Source: Eukaryota sp. TZLM1-RC (taxonomy: Eukaryota; Protista; Metamonada: BaSk clade). From it: a stretch of DNA of 64,000 bases. The position numbers and the translations under genes are program-made. The notes beneath the pieces are model-generated. The model searched no databases. It was not told the origin of the DNA and was given only the letters and a program-made list of their open reading frames with translations. Shown one piece after another: positions 34,031-46,036 of the stretch. How positions within the stretch are numbered: the stretch's first letter is position 1; every line of letters starts with the position of its first letter. The stretch covers positions 3,844,001-3,908,000 of the forward strand of contig JAUPSS010000001.1 in the NCBI GenBank assembly GCA_040285825.1, given 5' to 3'.

Positions 34031-34984
34031 ATTGTTTTAGATAATGCAAAAAAATTAAAATCAAATCTGTCATTAAAGAAGAAATACTACCATCCAATTG
34101 AAAATGATTATAGATATAATGAAACTCTACGTGTTATTGATGTGATTGTATTTCTGGGTAAACAACCTACTAGAATTATTCGTACATTCATCGAAAAATT
34201 ATTCGAAGAATATGATACCATCACACATGTGAATGGGTTCTATGGAGAATATTTTGATGAATATGTTAAGAAGATGTTTTCTGCCACCAACAAGTTCCCT
34301 GATACAATTAAGGGTTCGGATATCTCAATTGGACAACCATTCACTGTTGAATATGATGGTATTGGTAATGTGCGTGATTTCAATCATTCAATTGCATCAT
34401 CTACCACAGCATCAATGTCTGTTATGAGAAAAGTTCAAGAAAACAACTTGCCATTAAATAATCGTTATGTAACTAATGCTAGAAGACACAATATGTATAC
34501 TTATTGTGAAACTGGTACAATTTCAAGAACTGAACAAACATATGATGATGGATTTGAAGAAATTGGTGAAATGAAAGTATGGGAACCAACAGGTATTAAG
34601 TCTGTTAAAATGACACCTAAATGGCCTGCTGTTAAACAAGAAGAACCACAAGATATTGTTAAAGGCGCATTCTTATATTCTGATGGTGAGGAGTGTAAAA
34701 TCCTCCCCTCAACAGAAATAGTAATTGAAACCATTAAAAAGGATGATGATAAGAAACCACATTTCCAGAAAACAATTTCTGATTTTAATGAAACTATCAT
34801 CTATTTCACACCTGGTTTTCAATTAACCAATATGTCTACAGCATCAACTTATGCTTGTCCATCTTATTCGTCAATTATGACGTGTGTAAGAGTAGCACCA
34901 TTGAATGTTAATGTAGAAACATTAAAAGAACAGAAAGAAGTAGAGAATAGCTTAGCAATGATGATGGGTGATTTCTATGAATAA
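34022..34984 (+). CDS. 5'-truncated hypothetical protein in virus-like island
   Basis: Frame stays open upstream of 34142 with no ATG (FEKIVLDNAKK..). Confidence 0.5.
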   Translation, partial: FEKIVLDNAKKLKSNLSLKKKYYHPIENDYRYNETLRVIDVIVFLGKQPTRIIRTFIEKLFEEYDTITHVNGFYGEYFDEYVKKMFSATNKFPDTIKGSDISIGQPFTVEYDGIGNVRDFNHSIASSTTASMSVMRKVQENNLPLNNRYVTNARRHNMYTYCETGTISRTEQTYDDGFEEIGEMKVWEPTGIKSVKMTPKWPAVKQEEPQDIVKGAFLYSDGEECKILPSTEIVIETIKKDDDKKPHFQKTISDFNETIIYFTPGFQLTNMSTASTYACPSYSSIMTCVRVAPLNVNVETLKEQKEVENSLAMMMGDFYE

Positions 34985-35354
34985 ATAACTAAATGTTAAT
35001 TTTTTTGTTAAAAATGTCATTTGTATATGATGTGGTGAAAAATTCATACTATCACACAATACTAAATAAATTCACACAGAGTGATATTGAGAATTCAATT
35101 CTTTTATTATTGGGCCAAAAATAATTCAAGTAACAACCAACTCAAAGCAATATTATAATATCAACATATGAACAAACAGTTGGAAATGGTATTAATTTAT
35201 TAAATAATCTAGGAGATGATATATTTAATGGTTCAAATTTATCAGGTAGTGGAATGTTAATTGGTAAAAATAATAGTTCAGATGGTGGATTGTCTATTGG
35301 TTCAAATATTAGTTCAGGAACATCTTATTCTTTTGGTAAAAACATACAAGAGTG

Positions 35355-36220
35355 ATATCATGGAAAGTAATGATTTCACTACAATAGACTGCTCCTCATT
35401 TTTTGAATTTCTTACTACAATAGATCTAGGAAAAACTAAATTCTCTCAATTCTTATCTTTCAATAATTCACAAATTTTGGAATGAATACTCTTTAAGATA
35501 ACAGTTTTTGCTGATTGATTCAAACAATTTTCACTGTCTTCGTTCAAGATTTCATGATCAGAAAGGTTAATGAAATTATCAATTATTAGTCGGAAAATTG
35601 TTACGATCACTTTGAAGAAATAGATTCTTGACTTGATGTAACCTCCAACGAAAAACAGACTTACCACTTTTCATCTCGTCTTCAACTTCCATTTTCTCAA
35701 AATATAGATTAATAAATTTTTCAATAAATTGAGCATACCTCATTTGTATATTGATTTCTAAATTCGTTTTAATGGTTTCTGCGATGGAAGCCCTCTATTG
35801 TGTTTAATGGCAAAAATTTTACTGAGCAACATTTGAATGTGTTCTAATTCTTTTCGAGTTACAACAGGAAAATCTTTGTCATTTTCAGTTCAATGTAGAA
35901 AAAATAACTTTTTGAGACAATATGACGTGTTCATTCTCAATCTGTGAACCAATTGAGCATAATAATTTACCAAAAATTCCAATCCTCTATGCTTGACAAT
36001 TGATTTCAAGGTGGTTTTGTGAGTAACAAAAGTTGGTCGAACCACTTTGTTTGATTGCAACAGTAGAAACCATTTTAAACCAAGCACACTATCTTTGAAT
36101 GAATAATTAATTGTATCTTGGGGTATACTTATAAAACAATCAATTGGTAAAAGGTTTTTAAATGTATCATCAAGATACCCTTTAGACTGATTTAACAGGA
36201 TCCAACTGAGAGACTTCAAA
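35355..36220 (-). pseudogene. Fanzor1 N-terminal fragment, frameshifted
   Basis: KTTLKSIVKH..CLKKLFFLH*..FPVVT..RGLP and AETIKTNLEINIQMRYAQFIEKFINLYF resemble the Fanzor1 N-terminal pattern (KxxLKSxxK; TxxENNIxxHYxxYxxRxVN); same strand as the C-terminal fragment. Confidence 0.65.
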
Positions 36221-37254
36221 GATTTATTCGACTTTGATGTAAAAAAATTTTAGCATACAAAAATGAATCACAGATTGTTAAACCAATAAAATTGGAGGGA
36301 ACTTTCTGCCAAAAAACGGATAAACGACTGAATATTTTCTGCTTCCATTAATTCTGGGAAAGAATTTCCCTAAATTTCCAACCTGTTGCAACCTGTTGAA
36401 ACATCAGAATTTACAATAATAAAACTTGTCAAAACATTATGTTTGTGATGAGTTACAAATTGAACAAAAAAGATAACAATTCTTCTTCCGTATCAAAAAA
36501 GTTAATATATTTACAGTGATCAGGAAATTCCAACGTTTTGAGGTTTTTTTGCACATGAAGCAATAAAACTTTCTTGCATATAAAATTCATCTTTTTCAAA
36601 TAGCCCAAAGAAACCAGATATTATGAAAACTTCTTGGTTGTTGACCCATTGTAATTGCTTCTCATCACTCCATTTTTTCAGCTCGTTAGCCTCTTTGCTC
36701 CTCATCTCGTTCATCTTTTTATTCTTTCAGCTGGAATTTCATTTCTTGATCTCGTTTCAATACCAATCGCAAGAACTGATCTTGGAAATTAAGCAGCTTT
36801 CAGTTCAGCAATACTGTTTATTCTGGGTTTTTCATTGTTTTTGCCTTCTTGTTTTTTTTGTTTTTGCCACTGGCCTTGAGCTTTTTCGGCTGAACCTCAA
36901 TTTTTGGGGTCTTTACATCAATTTGAGGTATAGCTGAGGTATTTTGAAGTTACACCATCAATTGTATCTTGCAGCAATAATTCCTCAGCTGACTTTAAAG
37001 CCCTTTGAGTCATATGAAGATTAAGTTTACGTCATTTCTGTCTCGCAGATAGCTTTGACGGTAAACTTTCAATGACCTCTTTGAATATTACATTTTGTTC
37101 TGTATCAAACGGTGCAGAAGTTGAATTAACGCTAGGTAAATGACTGCTTTTATGCTTAATTTTGGGTTTTCTAGTAGCCTTTCAGGTAATTTTTTTCCTA
37201 TTAGAGTAGAAGGTTTTTGTTTTACAATTTTGAAGGTTTGGGATAAAATGAAAA

Positions 37255-39590
37255 TTTTTTTTTATTTACAAAATTTGAATTTTATTCAAAACCTATAAAT
37301 CAACATCTAAAAAATCCATCTCTCCCAGAACAAAAACACTAGATGCAACTCTCTCATAGTGAGAACCAAGAGACAGCAAAGCATCAGAAACCATCTTCAA
37401 CATCCCCTTAAAAATAGAAAACACAATTCTATTTTGCCAAAACAATCTGTTGAAATTTCTCCCAGTTCTTCTCTTGACAATCAATTCTAAATCATCCAAA
37501 AAACGTAAAGCAGTTGGTGCAAGAGAACCAAAAAGGGAAAATACAAATGGATACAAATTGTATTTTGCATGCTGTAGACTGGCCAATTTGGACAAAGGTT
37601 CATTGTATTTTTTGAGTTTGAAATTTTCAGCATTTGAAAGAAGATTATGAATTTCAGAATTAACAAGCCTTTCATTTGAGGCATTACAAGGATCAACAGA
37701 CATTACATCCAATAACATGAAACTTCCATCTAATCCAGGTAATATAACATCACCTCTATTATTCTTATGAAAATCATCTTCAGCATCAAACAGATTTGAC
37801 AACAGAGGTTCCAAGAAGGATTCAATTCTATGAGATTTACACATACAATATAACTGGTCTCTTACAGCATCATGAACCTTGCTTCTAAAAGTAATAAAAT
37901 GTTTACAATTTAACAAATGAGTAGTTGTAATTTCTCGAGAACATTTACAAATTAAATTATGAGGTAAATTATCAGGCCAGATAAAGGAACGAAATCTCAT
38001 ATTCAGAATCCAAGCAGAATCAGTTAAGAGAGTACCATAAACTTGTGGAATTGTTGTTACTAAGGCAGAAGAAGTGCTGTCACACATATCTTGTAAAAGA
38101 TTTGCAAAAGCGGGATTCTTTTTCTTGGCCAAGCCAAGTCTAACATCAAAATCCAAGCTTTCAAAAATCTTTGACAATTTTTGTTGAAGCTTTTTACAGC
38201 AAAACTGTAAATTAAAAAGAGATCGGTTTGGAATTTCTTGAATTGATTGAGGAAAACATTTGGTCCAAATTTGTGGCGGCAATTTTTCAAGTTCACAAGA
38301 TAACTCATACAAATAGGGACTGCAATTGGGGACTAACAGATGAGAATCATCAGGAAATCTACGAGAAAATTCATAAATAAAATTTTTGCCACAACCCAAG
38401 AATGCTGATTGACACAAAATTGAAGATTTAGTAAATCCAATACCACCCAAATTTGCTGAAGAAAATAAATGGCTTTTCAACATTCCTGGTTCTACGTCCA
38501 ATAAATCAGCAAAAAATTCTGTTCTCAATGAATTAAATGAACGACAAAAATCTAAGGCTGTGGAAGGAGCACAAGATCTCAAAATGTGGGTTATTCTCCC
38601 AGTGTAGCAAATTTTAAGCATGAAAAATTTAATATGCTTTTCAATATCTAAAGAAGAAATTGAATCAAGTTCAATTTTCATTTTTTCCAAAATAACTTGC
38701 AATTCATTCTGAATTTGAGGCACGTTTCCTAACCAACAACCAAGGAACTTAAAAGCATCACTACTATAATTAGTAAAAGGGACAATAGAATCGTTTATCA
38801 CGAGGTCTTGAGCAGAAGAGCCAATCAGAAGACATTTGCTGGCATTAAGCTGAAGCCCAATATTTTCATATGAATCGGCAATTTCTTGAGCAACCAATTC
38901 TAGTAAATCAAATGAACCAATCAAGGATATATCATCCATATAAGCAACTATTTTTATAGATGGGTATTTTTGCTTAATGATATTTAAAGTTTTGTGAATA
39001 GCTAAACAAAACAATAACGGGCCTAAAGGATCACCTTGCTTCACACCAGAAGATGATTTAAGACCAAATGAATTAAAAATTAAATCCGATTCTTTCCCAT
39101 AAAAATGGTAGAAAAAACTCGATAGCTCAGGAAAATCAGATTTAATAACTTCAAAAATTGCTTCTCGCTTTACAGAATTAAAGGCATTTTTAAAGTCGAG
39201 ATTAAAAATAAAATTATTTTCCTCTGCATTAAAAAAGGTATCAGAGGCAATAGCAGCAACAGAAGCACCATCAATTGTTTTGATTCCAAATTGATGAGGA
39301 TTCAAAAATGTAGAAGCTTTGTCTTTGACACGATCGAAGACAATTGATGCTAGCAAACGAGAAAGAGATTCACCAACAGCAATTGGGCGTATTCCATCAG
39401 GTTTGATTCCGTTTCCAGGCTTTACTAAAGCAATCAGACGTGCAGCGAGTAATTCAAATGGAGGATTAATTTTCAAAACAATTAATTGTTGAAAATAATG
39501 GGCTAGATCATCAGCAATTTCAGGAGCACTGGAACATGCTATTTTTAAGAGATCAAAAGAAATTCTAGATGGGCGTGCTGCTTTCCCCTG
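37255..39590 (-). mobile_element. CRE-clade non-LTR retrotransposon (family C), 5'-truncated, uninterrupted RT + CCHC + RLE frame (37293-39476)
   Basis: IRPIAVGE, DFKNAFNS, GVKQGDPLGPLLF, YMDD, CKC..HLLNC, HDAVRD, RGD..D; poly(A) tail near 37255. Confidence 0.92.
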
Positions 39591-39961
39591 CTTTTCTTTT
39601 GGGATAAAAGACCAATAAATGAGGAATCAGCCAAAGTAACGTCTGAATTATTATCAGTAAATAAAAGATCAGTAAATAAGCAAATTACCATGATACTGGG
39701 GGTGTCTTGGTTTATTAATGTTGTAAAAGAATATTGTGTGTCGATTCAAATGTACTGTTTCTCTAATTGTGACCTTTGTGCACTGCTTCAATTTAGGAAA
39801 GTAACACACGTTTAACAATTGCTGTATGCAACCGGATTGGAACCAAAAAAAGTCTTCAGAATCACCCATCATAGAATTAGTGTGGGTTTGTTAAATAAAA
39901 GATAAAGTTTAGCTTTATTTCTGAAATTAACTAGGTGAATGTTCAGGGGATAAGCTCTCTA

Positions 39962-40789
39962 TGATGCCGTTAGGCAGATGAACACACGAAGGAGAGAGAG
40001 AAATCTAAGTTTATTAATAAAACTGATTCATAAATGAGTATCACGTCATCAGTCGAAATACAAAGAAACCTACTAATTCAATATGAGTTCAACAACAACA
40101 CTACTTTTTCCCATTTTTCTGAGGACAAATACAGTACTGGCTCAATAGAGGGAAGATATGGGGTTTGTTAAATTCTCCGGTGCATCGTTGGTATGAGAAC
40201 GTTGGAGACCTACGGGAAGAATTCCTCTGGCAAATCGGTTCAGAAAAGCTATGTCTGGCAACTTCAGTCCGGAAGCCCTACTCTTTACCTGGAAAAAACG
40301 TCGCAGGTAACAGGACATACGTTCTCGGACGTCACCAATACGGACATAAAGCATCAGTTCTGACATAGCCAGACTAAAATCTTCGTACATGGCGAACGAT
40401 ACGACAGATTGTAGATGTCTGAGAAGAACATCGTCACTGGATCAGCCGTCGGATTTCTGGAGAGATAGGGACTCTAACAGAAAAGAATCGACCAAGAGTC
40501 TTGCTGGAACAAGCTCTTTCTTAGGAGTCACCGAAGAATAAATCTTTCACTCCTATAGGAACAGAAGAACACTTTCAACTTTCATGGAAGAAAGAGACGT
40601 CAGGTTAACAGAGGGAACAGTCATCTGAAATAAGAAGGGCCAATAATTATTGATGCCGTTAGGCAGATGAACACACGAAGGAGAGAGAGAAATCTAAGTT
40701 TATTAATAAAACTGATTCATAAATGAGTATCACGTCATCAGTCGAAATACAAAGAAACCTACTAATTCAATATGAGTTCAACAACAACA
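39962..40789 (-). mobile_element. Gag-only LTR element, internally deleted copy; 139-bp LTRs (39962-40100, 40651-40789)
   Basis: Same family as 26533-27636; TSD TCTA; gag has a stop and lacks the knuckle. Confidence 0.92.
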
Positions 40790-43266
40790 TCTACTTTAGT
40801 CCAAGGTTTATCAATAATTTCACCATTGTTTCTGACTCGAAATTTATGTTGAGGAACATCCAATGCATTTTTCAACGTCATAACTGCCTGTTTGACAATG
40901 GAAAACTTTGCTTCATCTGCCACATAAACTCTAGGATCTTCATTTGATTGATATGAGGTTAACTCTGGTGCAGTTAGATCATTCCTATTACACAATGATA
41001 AGAGCAAACATACACTATAGCATGCTTGTGACCCAAAATGTGTTGAACGTAGGCTTTGAAAGACCCGTTTCGTTGAAACTGTCGTAGAGGTTTTGATTTG
41101 AATCTTGACGTATCCAAGATACTGGTGACCATTACCACTTTCGATGGCTGATTGGATTGCAAAGAGCGATGGAAGACTGATTGAAGAATCATTGTTAGAA
41201 CGAACTAATGGAATGATTGCATCAACGGCTTCAGTTCTATCAGGTAATATGACGATCGTTCTGAAAATGAATGCACCTAAAAGTAAATGGAAAAAAGACT
41301 GGCTATCTGTGAGAACACTCCTATCATGAAGTAGCATTGATTCTGCAATTGAGAGAACCCATGGAGAGGTCCAACCACTGGGTGCTTTGGGTATGTTATG
41401 TGATATACAAAATGCTGCCAAAAAATGTTCCAAAAATATTGGATACAAGTTAACAAAGTATTTAACATCATTTGGTGGTTGTTGAGATCTTTGGAATTGA
41501 AACAAAAAAAGCAGCAATGCTACTGCAATTGGTTCAACCAAGATTCCAAAGGTAGTTGGTGCAACATGCGTGCTTATCAATTCCCTCAGCACTTTCGTCA
41601 GTTCATGTTGCCACTCATTATCCTTTAACTGGAGGAGAAGCTGCCATCCACAGTGAGCAATCAATGGATCAACGGTTGGGAGCAGAAACGAAAAGTACTT
41701 CTGCTCTGTTCCAATATGAGCACAAGTAAAATCAACCATGGCAAATGTACAATGGACAAACTTTGTCAACACAGTTTCATGGATTGCTGTACCTTCTAGA
41801 ATGACGGAAAGTATGGCTGCCATGTACTGGTCGACATCGGTTTCACTGAAAGCGTGTTGTGCTTTTTCAACTATTTTACGTTCAAAAGAACCCCAATTGA
41901 TCGAATCACGTGCATACGCAACCCACAATGGCCTACAAGAAGCTGCATTGACTAGGGAAAGTAATGGTGATACATCAGGACTTCTATGGGTTAGTGGGAG
42001 AGAATCATCAAAAATCTGAACCCAACCAGTAGAGACTGGGGGTAAAGTAGAACCGCTGCGTACTTCATCCACCATATAGTCATTTTCACCAGGTATATAC
42101 GGTCTATAAGACAAGGACTTGACAACATCATGACAAAAGTGATGTAGAGCAGTATGAGTTCCAGCAACAATTACGATCAGTTGTATTCCTGATAGGAGTA
42201 AGTTTCTAGCAGCATGTCGCCAACAACGGAAGAAATTCCAATCACAATCCAAACCATCACTAGCCTCGTTAAAGTAGGCTTTGGTGCGAATAGATCCGAA
42301 ACTCGTACCAATAAGTGAACTAACCTCATCTGAAAATAAAACATATTTGGTTGAATTTAAAAGGGATAGCGAATTCAACATATTGGTAGTTTGGAGAGCA
42401 ATATTATCTGAAGAAGTATAATATGTTGTGAACAGCTCTCCTGCCATGTTCACCATACTGGTTGGTAGTGTTTCAAAGTATTCTCTTTCCATAGTCTGAT
42501 AGCTTTGACCAAGTTTCAGGGCAGAAGCCATTAAACACTGACAGGCAAAAACAATACGGCGGACCCTTTGCTTTCTATCTTCAGTGTAATCATTGTACAT
42601 TAACTGGCGGAAGTAACCAGTGAAATCAGCAGTAGCAAGAGGTTCTGTCCTCAGTACTGAATCAGAACCTTCCGTTGAGAATCTAGGAAACGTGAAATAC
42701 ACTGCTTCCAAATCATCTCTGGATTGAATAGACTTGCATGATTCAATCATAAACCGTGTTTTACCTGTTCCTGTTGAATTGATAAAGGGTAAGACGTTTG
42801 AATGATACTTAACTAATAGACGTTCTTTTTGTTCTAAATACTTCAGTAGAAGGGTGGGAAACTCGTTAAAGAACTTGGGCTTCTGATATGGCACATTCAT
42901 AATGGAGAATGAGGTACCTTTCATTGGTGGAGCTGTGGAGGATGTTTCTTTCTGTATTTCAAATCGCAGTTCCCCCTCATCAGTGCTAAAAGTGAGTATA
43001 ATGTGTTCTTTGGGTTTTGCAACATATGAGTAAAATGATGGGATGCCTTTGTGGACGTAAACTGCTCTTTCAAAAGCTATTCGTAACAACCTATTAGCTT
43101 CTTCACCAAGTTGATGTTGTTCAAAATGATGAAGAAGATCACCAAACAGAACACTTCCATCTTCTCTCTGGTTTTGGTTCCATGCTGTCAAAAGACTTCT
43201 ATGCCAGCGTTCGAATTGATTGCTCGTCAATGTTCGTGTCGTTAAGAAGTCGTCATAAACATCCAT
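40762..43266 (-). CDS. P-loop NTPase + PD-(D/E)xK nuclease protein (Crinkler/RHS-type architecture)
   Basis: Walker A NSTGTGKT, Walker B YVLFSDE, GILVE, AVDAIIP..KIQIK; last 9 aa LTR-derived. Confidence 0.7.
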   Translation of the reverse strand: MDVYDDFLTTRTLTSNQFERWHRSLLTAWNQNQREDGSVLFGDLLHHFEQHQLGEEANRLLRIAFERAVYVHKGIPSFYSYVAKPKEHIILTFSTDEGELRFEIQKETSSTAPPMKGTSFSIMNVPYQKPKFFNEFPTLLLKYLEQKERLLVKYHSNVLPFINSTGTGKTRFMIESCKSIQSRDDLEAVYFTFPRFSTEGSDSVLRTEPLATADFTGYFRQLMYNDYTEDRKQRVRRIVFACQCLMASALKLGQSYQTMEREYFETLPTSMVNMAGELFTTYYTSSDNIALQTTNMLNSLSLLNSTKYVLFSDEVSSLIGTSFGSIRTKAYFNEASDGLDCDWNFFRCWRHAARNLLLSGIQLIVIVAGTHTALHHFCHDVVKSLSYRPYIPGENDYMVDEVRSGSTLPPVSTGWVQIFDDSLPLTHRSPDVSPLLSLVNAASCRPLWVAYARDSINWGSFERKIVEKAQHAFSETDVDQYMAAILSVILEGTAIHETVLTKFVHCTFAMVDFTCAHIGTEQKYFSFLLPTVDPLIAHCGWQLLLQLKDNEWQHELTKVLRELISTHVAPTTFGILVEPIAVALLLFLFQFQRSQQPPNDVKYFVNLYPIFLEHFLAAFCISHNIPKAPSGWTSPWVLSIAESMLLHDRSVLTDSQSFFHLLLGAFIFRTIVILPDRTEAVDAIIPLVRSNNDSSISLPSLFAIQSAIESGNGHQYLGYVKIQIKTSTTVSTKRVFQSLRSTHFGSQACYSVCLLLSLCNRNDLTAPELTSYQSNEDPRVYVADEAKFSIVKQAVMTLKNALDVPQHKFRVRNNGEIIDKPWTKVDVVVELILN

Positions 43267-44229
43267 GAGGAGCAGTGTTGAGATGAATATGTTGTGGACG
43301 TTTGAGGCTAAGTATCTTTTAAAGGTAGAACTGTAGACCTGAAACTAAATCGAAATTGAACTAAATATCCTAATACATGAATCAACATCAGCAAATCTCT
43401 TGAGTCGACGATTTTCATAATTTCCTTCTCATTGAAACAGTATTTTGGTTATCATTTCATGAATTCTGTTGTAACAGTAATAAAGTAGTGGGTAAATTTT
43501 GAATCAATCAACTTTAAGAAATTCTTCTGATATTGAACACTTTATTATTGTTGATCACGTGATGCATTAAATCTTCATTTTGAGTAAAAGGGACTTACCA
43601 ATTGTCTGTGTGCATGTCGTTTAATGAATGATTTGGTTAGCCACTATTAAATTTTCACACAGACTGTAAACCGTTTTATTTCATCATTTGTTCAAACCTG
43701 CTTGAATATGATTGATGACTCTTTTGATTATTGCCATGCTATTGAATCAAACCCTTCACAGTTTTTGAAATCATAGACTATCAGACCAGTGAAAAAGGTA
43801 TCCTTTTTAATTTCAAATTTGTTCAGTTTTCGCCACTGTTATTGAAATAATAAAACTTTACCCTCACACATCGCAAAAATCAAAATCCAAAAAAATGATG
43901 TTGTTGCTGAAATTGACAGAAAGTGCAATACAATACACTGGTTATGAATAACTAAAATATGCTTTGACCAATATAGTAAACCCTGAGTTCCTTTTAATAC
44001 ACAGCAAATACATACTGGCTCTTCTGCAACCTTGATTCGATCAAAAATGAAATATCACATTGTTTTGAGCAGTTGACCTTCCAAAATATTCACTTATTCT
44101 ATTCATCCTTCAACAAGTACTTTACTATTAATGTTTATCAACTTTCGTGGACTTGTAACTAAAAATTGCCAAAAAACCATTGTTGATGAAATTAAGAAAA
44201 AACCATTATAAAGTAGCACATAGAATTAC

Positions 44230-45130
44230 AACATTTATGGCCTTCTACTTAATGATCACCAATAACCACTGCAATGAGAATGAGATGTTTTCTATGGCCT
44301 TGTTCTTTACCAAATGATTTAATTTGTCGCTGCAAGAGTGTTGTTACGCTTTCCCATATTTTAAACTGTAAGTATTTTATAACTTATCGCTCAATTGTTC
44401 ATGACTCAGTTCGTGATCAATTATATGCCATGTGCAAAAGTTTCAATATAGAGGCATTTATTGAACCATTAGTACGTAGTGTTAGTCTTGAATAGTATTT
44501 ATAGTATTATTATATAGTTTATTAGTATTCCGCCTATTAGTATAAGAAGAGAGAATACAATTCCTCTTCGTAATAAACCTCATTACATTTCTACTGTATG
44601 AATTCTAACTCACAACAGCCAAGACCATCAGTAGGCTGTCTTCAGATCAAACTGATGATTACTTTGGTAAAAGAAGGGCAATGTTGTGCATGTTGTCTCA
44701 GTTGATGTTTGCAAAAATTCTGCTGCTCGTTCAGTGTATTCCGCTGATTCGCCGTTATCTATCGCCGAAAAAAAGAAGATAAAAAAATACGAAGAACCTT
44801 TAGAGTGGAACATGTGAAATATCAGTTTGTGCCGTTTGCAATTTCTCTTTTTGGCAATATTGGACCTTCACGGTTGCACTTTTTTGAGTACTTCAAAAAA
44901 GTGTTACTGAATAGGTCTGGTTAAACAATGAATTCCACTTTCTGGTTAAATAGAATTGTTTTTTGCATTTTCAAGTCTATTCCAACAATGATTTCAAAGG
45001 CACTTTTAGCTATTGGTGTAGAATATGAACGTAATGCTGTGAGTAGGTTTAGTAATAGTGACGCTTGTTTGGAGGATATTGAATTCTAGATAGATTTTTT
45101 TTCTCAATAAATATTCCAGTTAAAAAAAAG
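44230..45130 (+). mobile_element. CRE family A 3' fragment interrupted by a solo LTR
   Basis: Near-identical to 2692-3490; poly(A) tail. Confidence 0.85.
44480..44630 (+). mobile_element. Solo LTR of the gypsy family at 59455-64000
   Basis: TG..CA, TSD GTAG, matches the reverse complement of 59455-59571. Confidence 0.85.
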
Positions 45131-45384
45131 AATTACAAAAAAAACAATAAATACGAAAAATAAATACATAAACCAAATGGAAATTTTTGTAGAAAACGAC
45201 TTCATAGAATGATTCTGGTTAGAAGCACCCGCAGATATAAACAAATCATGAACGAACATGCATGGCAGTGATTTGCTTCTGAAAACGTGGACGTATATAA
45301 AGTTATTGAAATACAAAGGTAAGTTGTAGCAATGGTAGTGTTGGAATAGGTGGGCTCAATCAAATCAAGAATCGCGAAATAGAG

Positions 45385-45715
45385 TGAACCTTTTCAAATT
45401 GTCTACCCAACATCACGCAAAATACAATTTGTATCCACTTGTATTTCTTCTATTAGTTACTCTCACCGCTATACGATTGTGGACAAAGTTTAACTTGATT
45501 TTAAAGAAATGGACCAAGAATAATTTTAAATCAGCTAATTTGAAAAATTCACATAATTTCAACAGATTGTTTTGGCAAAATAGAATTGTCTTTTCTTTTT
45601 TTAAGGGAATTTTGAAGACGGTTTCTGATGTTTTGCTTTCTCTTGGATCTCACTATGAGAGTGTTGCATCTAGTTGTTTTGTTTTGAGAGAGATGGATTA
45701 TTTGGATGTTGATAT
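45385..45715 (+). mobile_element. CRE family C 3' fragment
   Basis: HAKYNLYP, FNRLFWQNRIVFS, SLGSHYE. Confidence 0.75.
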
Positions 45716-46036
45716 ATCAGCTGTCTGAATGAATGAAAAAATATTAATTTGAGTAGTCAATATCAACAGGAAAGCATTTGCACCAGACTTGCGGAGAGAA
45801 ACGTTCATTTTCTTTCTGCAAAAACCCTAAATAAGCATTAACACAACGTTCTATTCAATGTTGGTTTTCAGAAAAAGGTTTCATGAATTTTTTGAATCCG
45901 CCATTAAAACTAGCATTACACAAATATTTGGACTTTTTAAAATTTCTGGACCACCTAATTCACTGCTACAAAAAAATGTTTACGTAGAAATGAACATTCA
46001 ATGTCAAGTAAATTAGCCAAAAAATTGTTCTTAATA

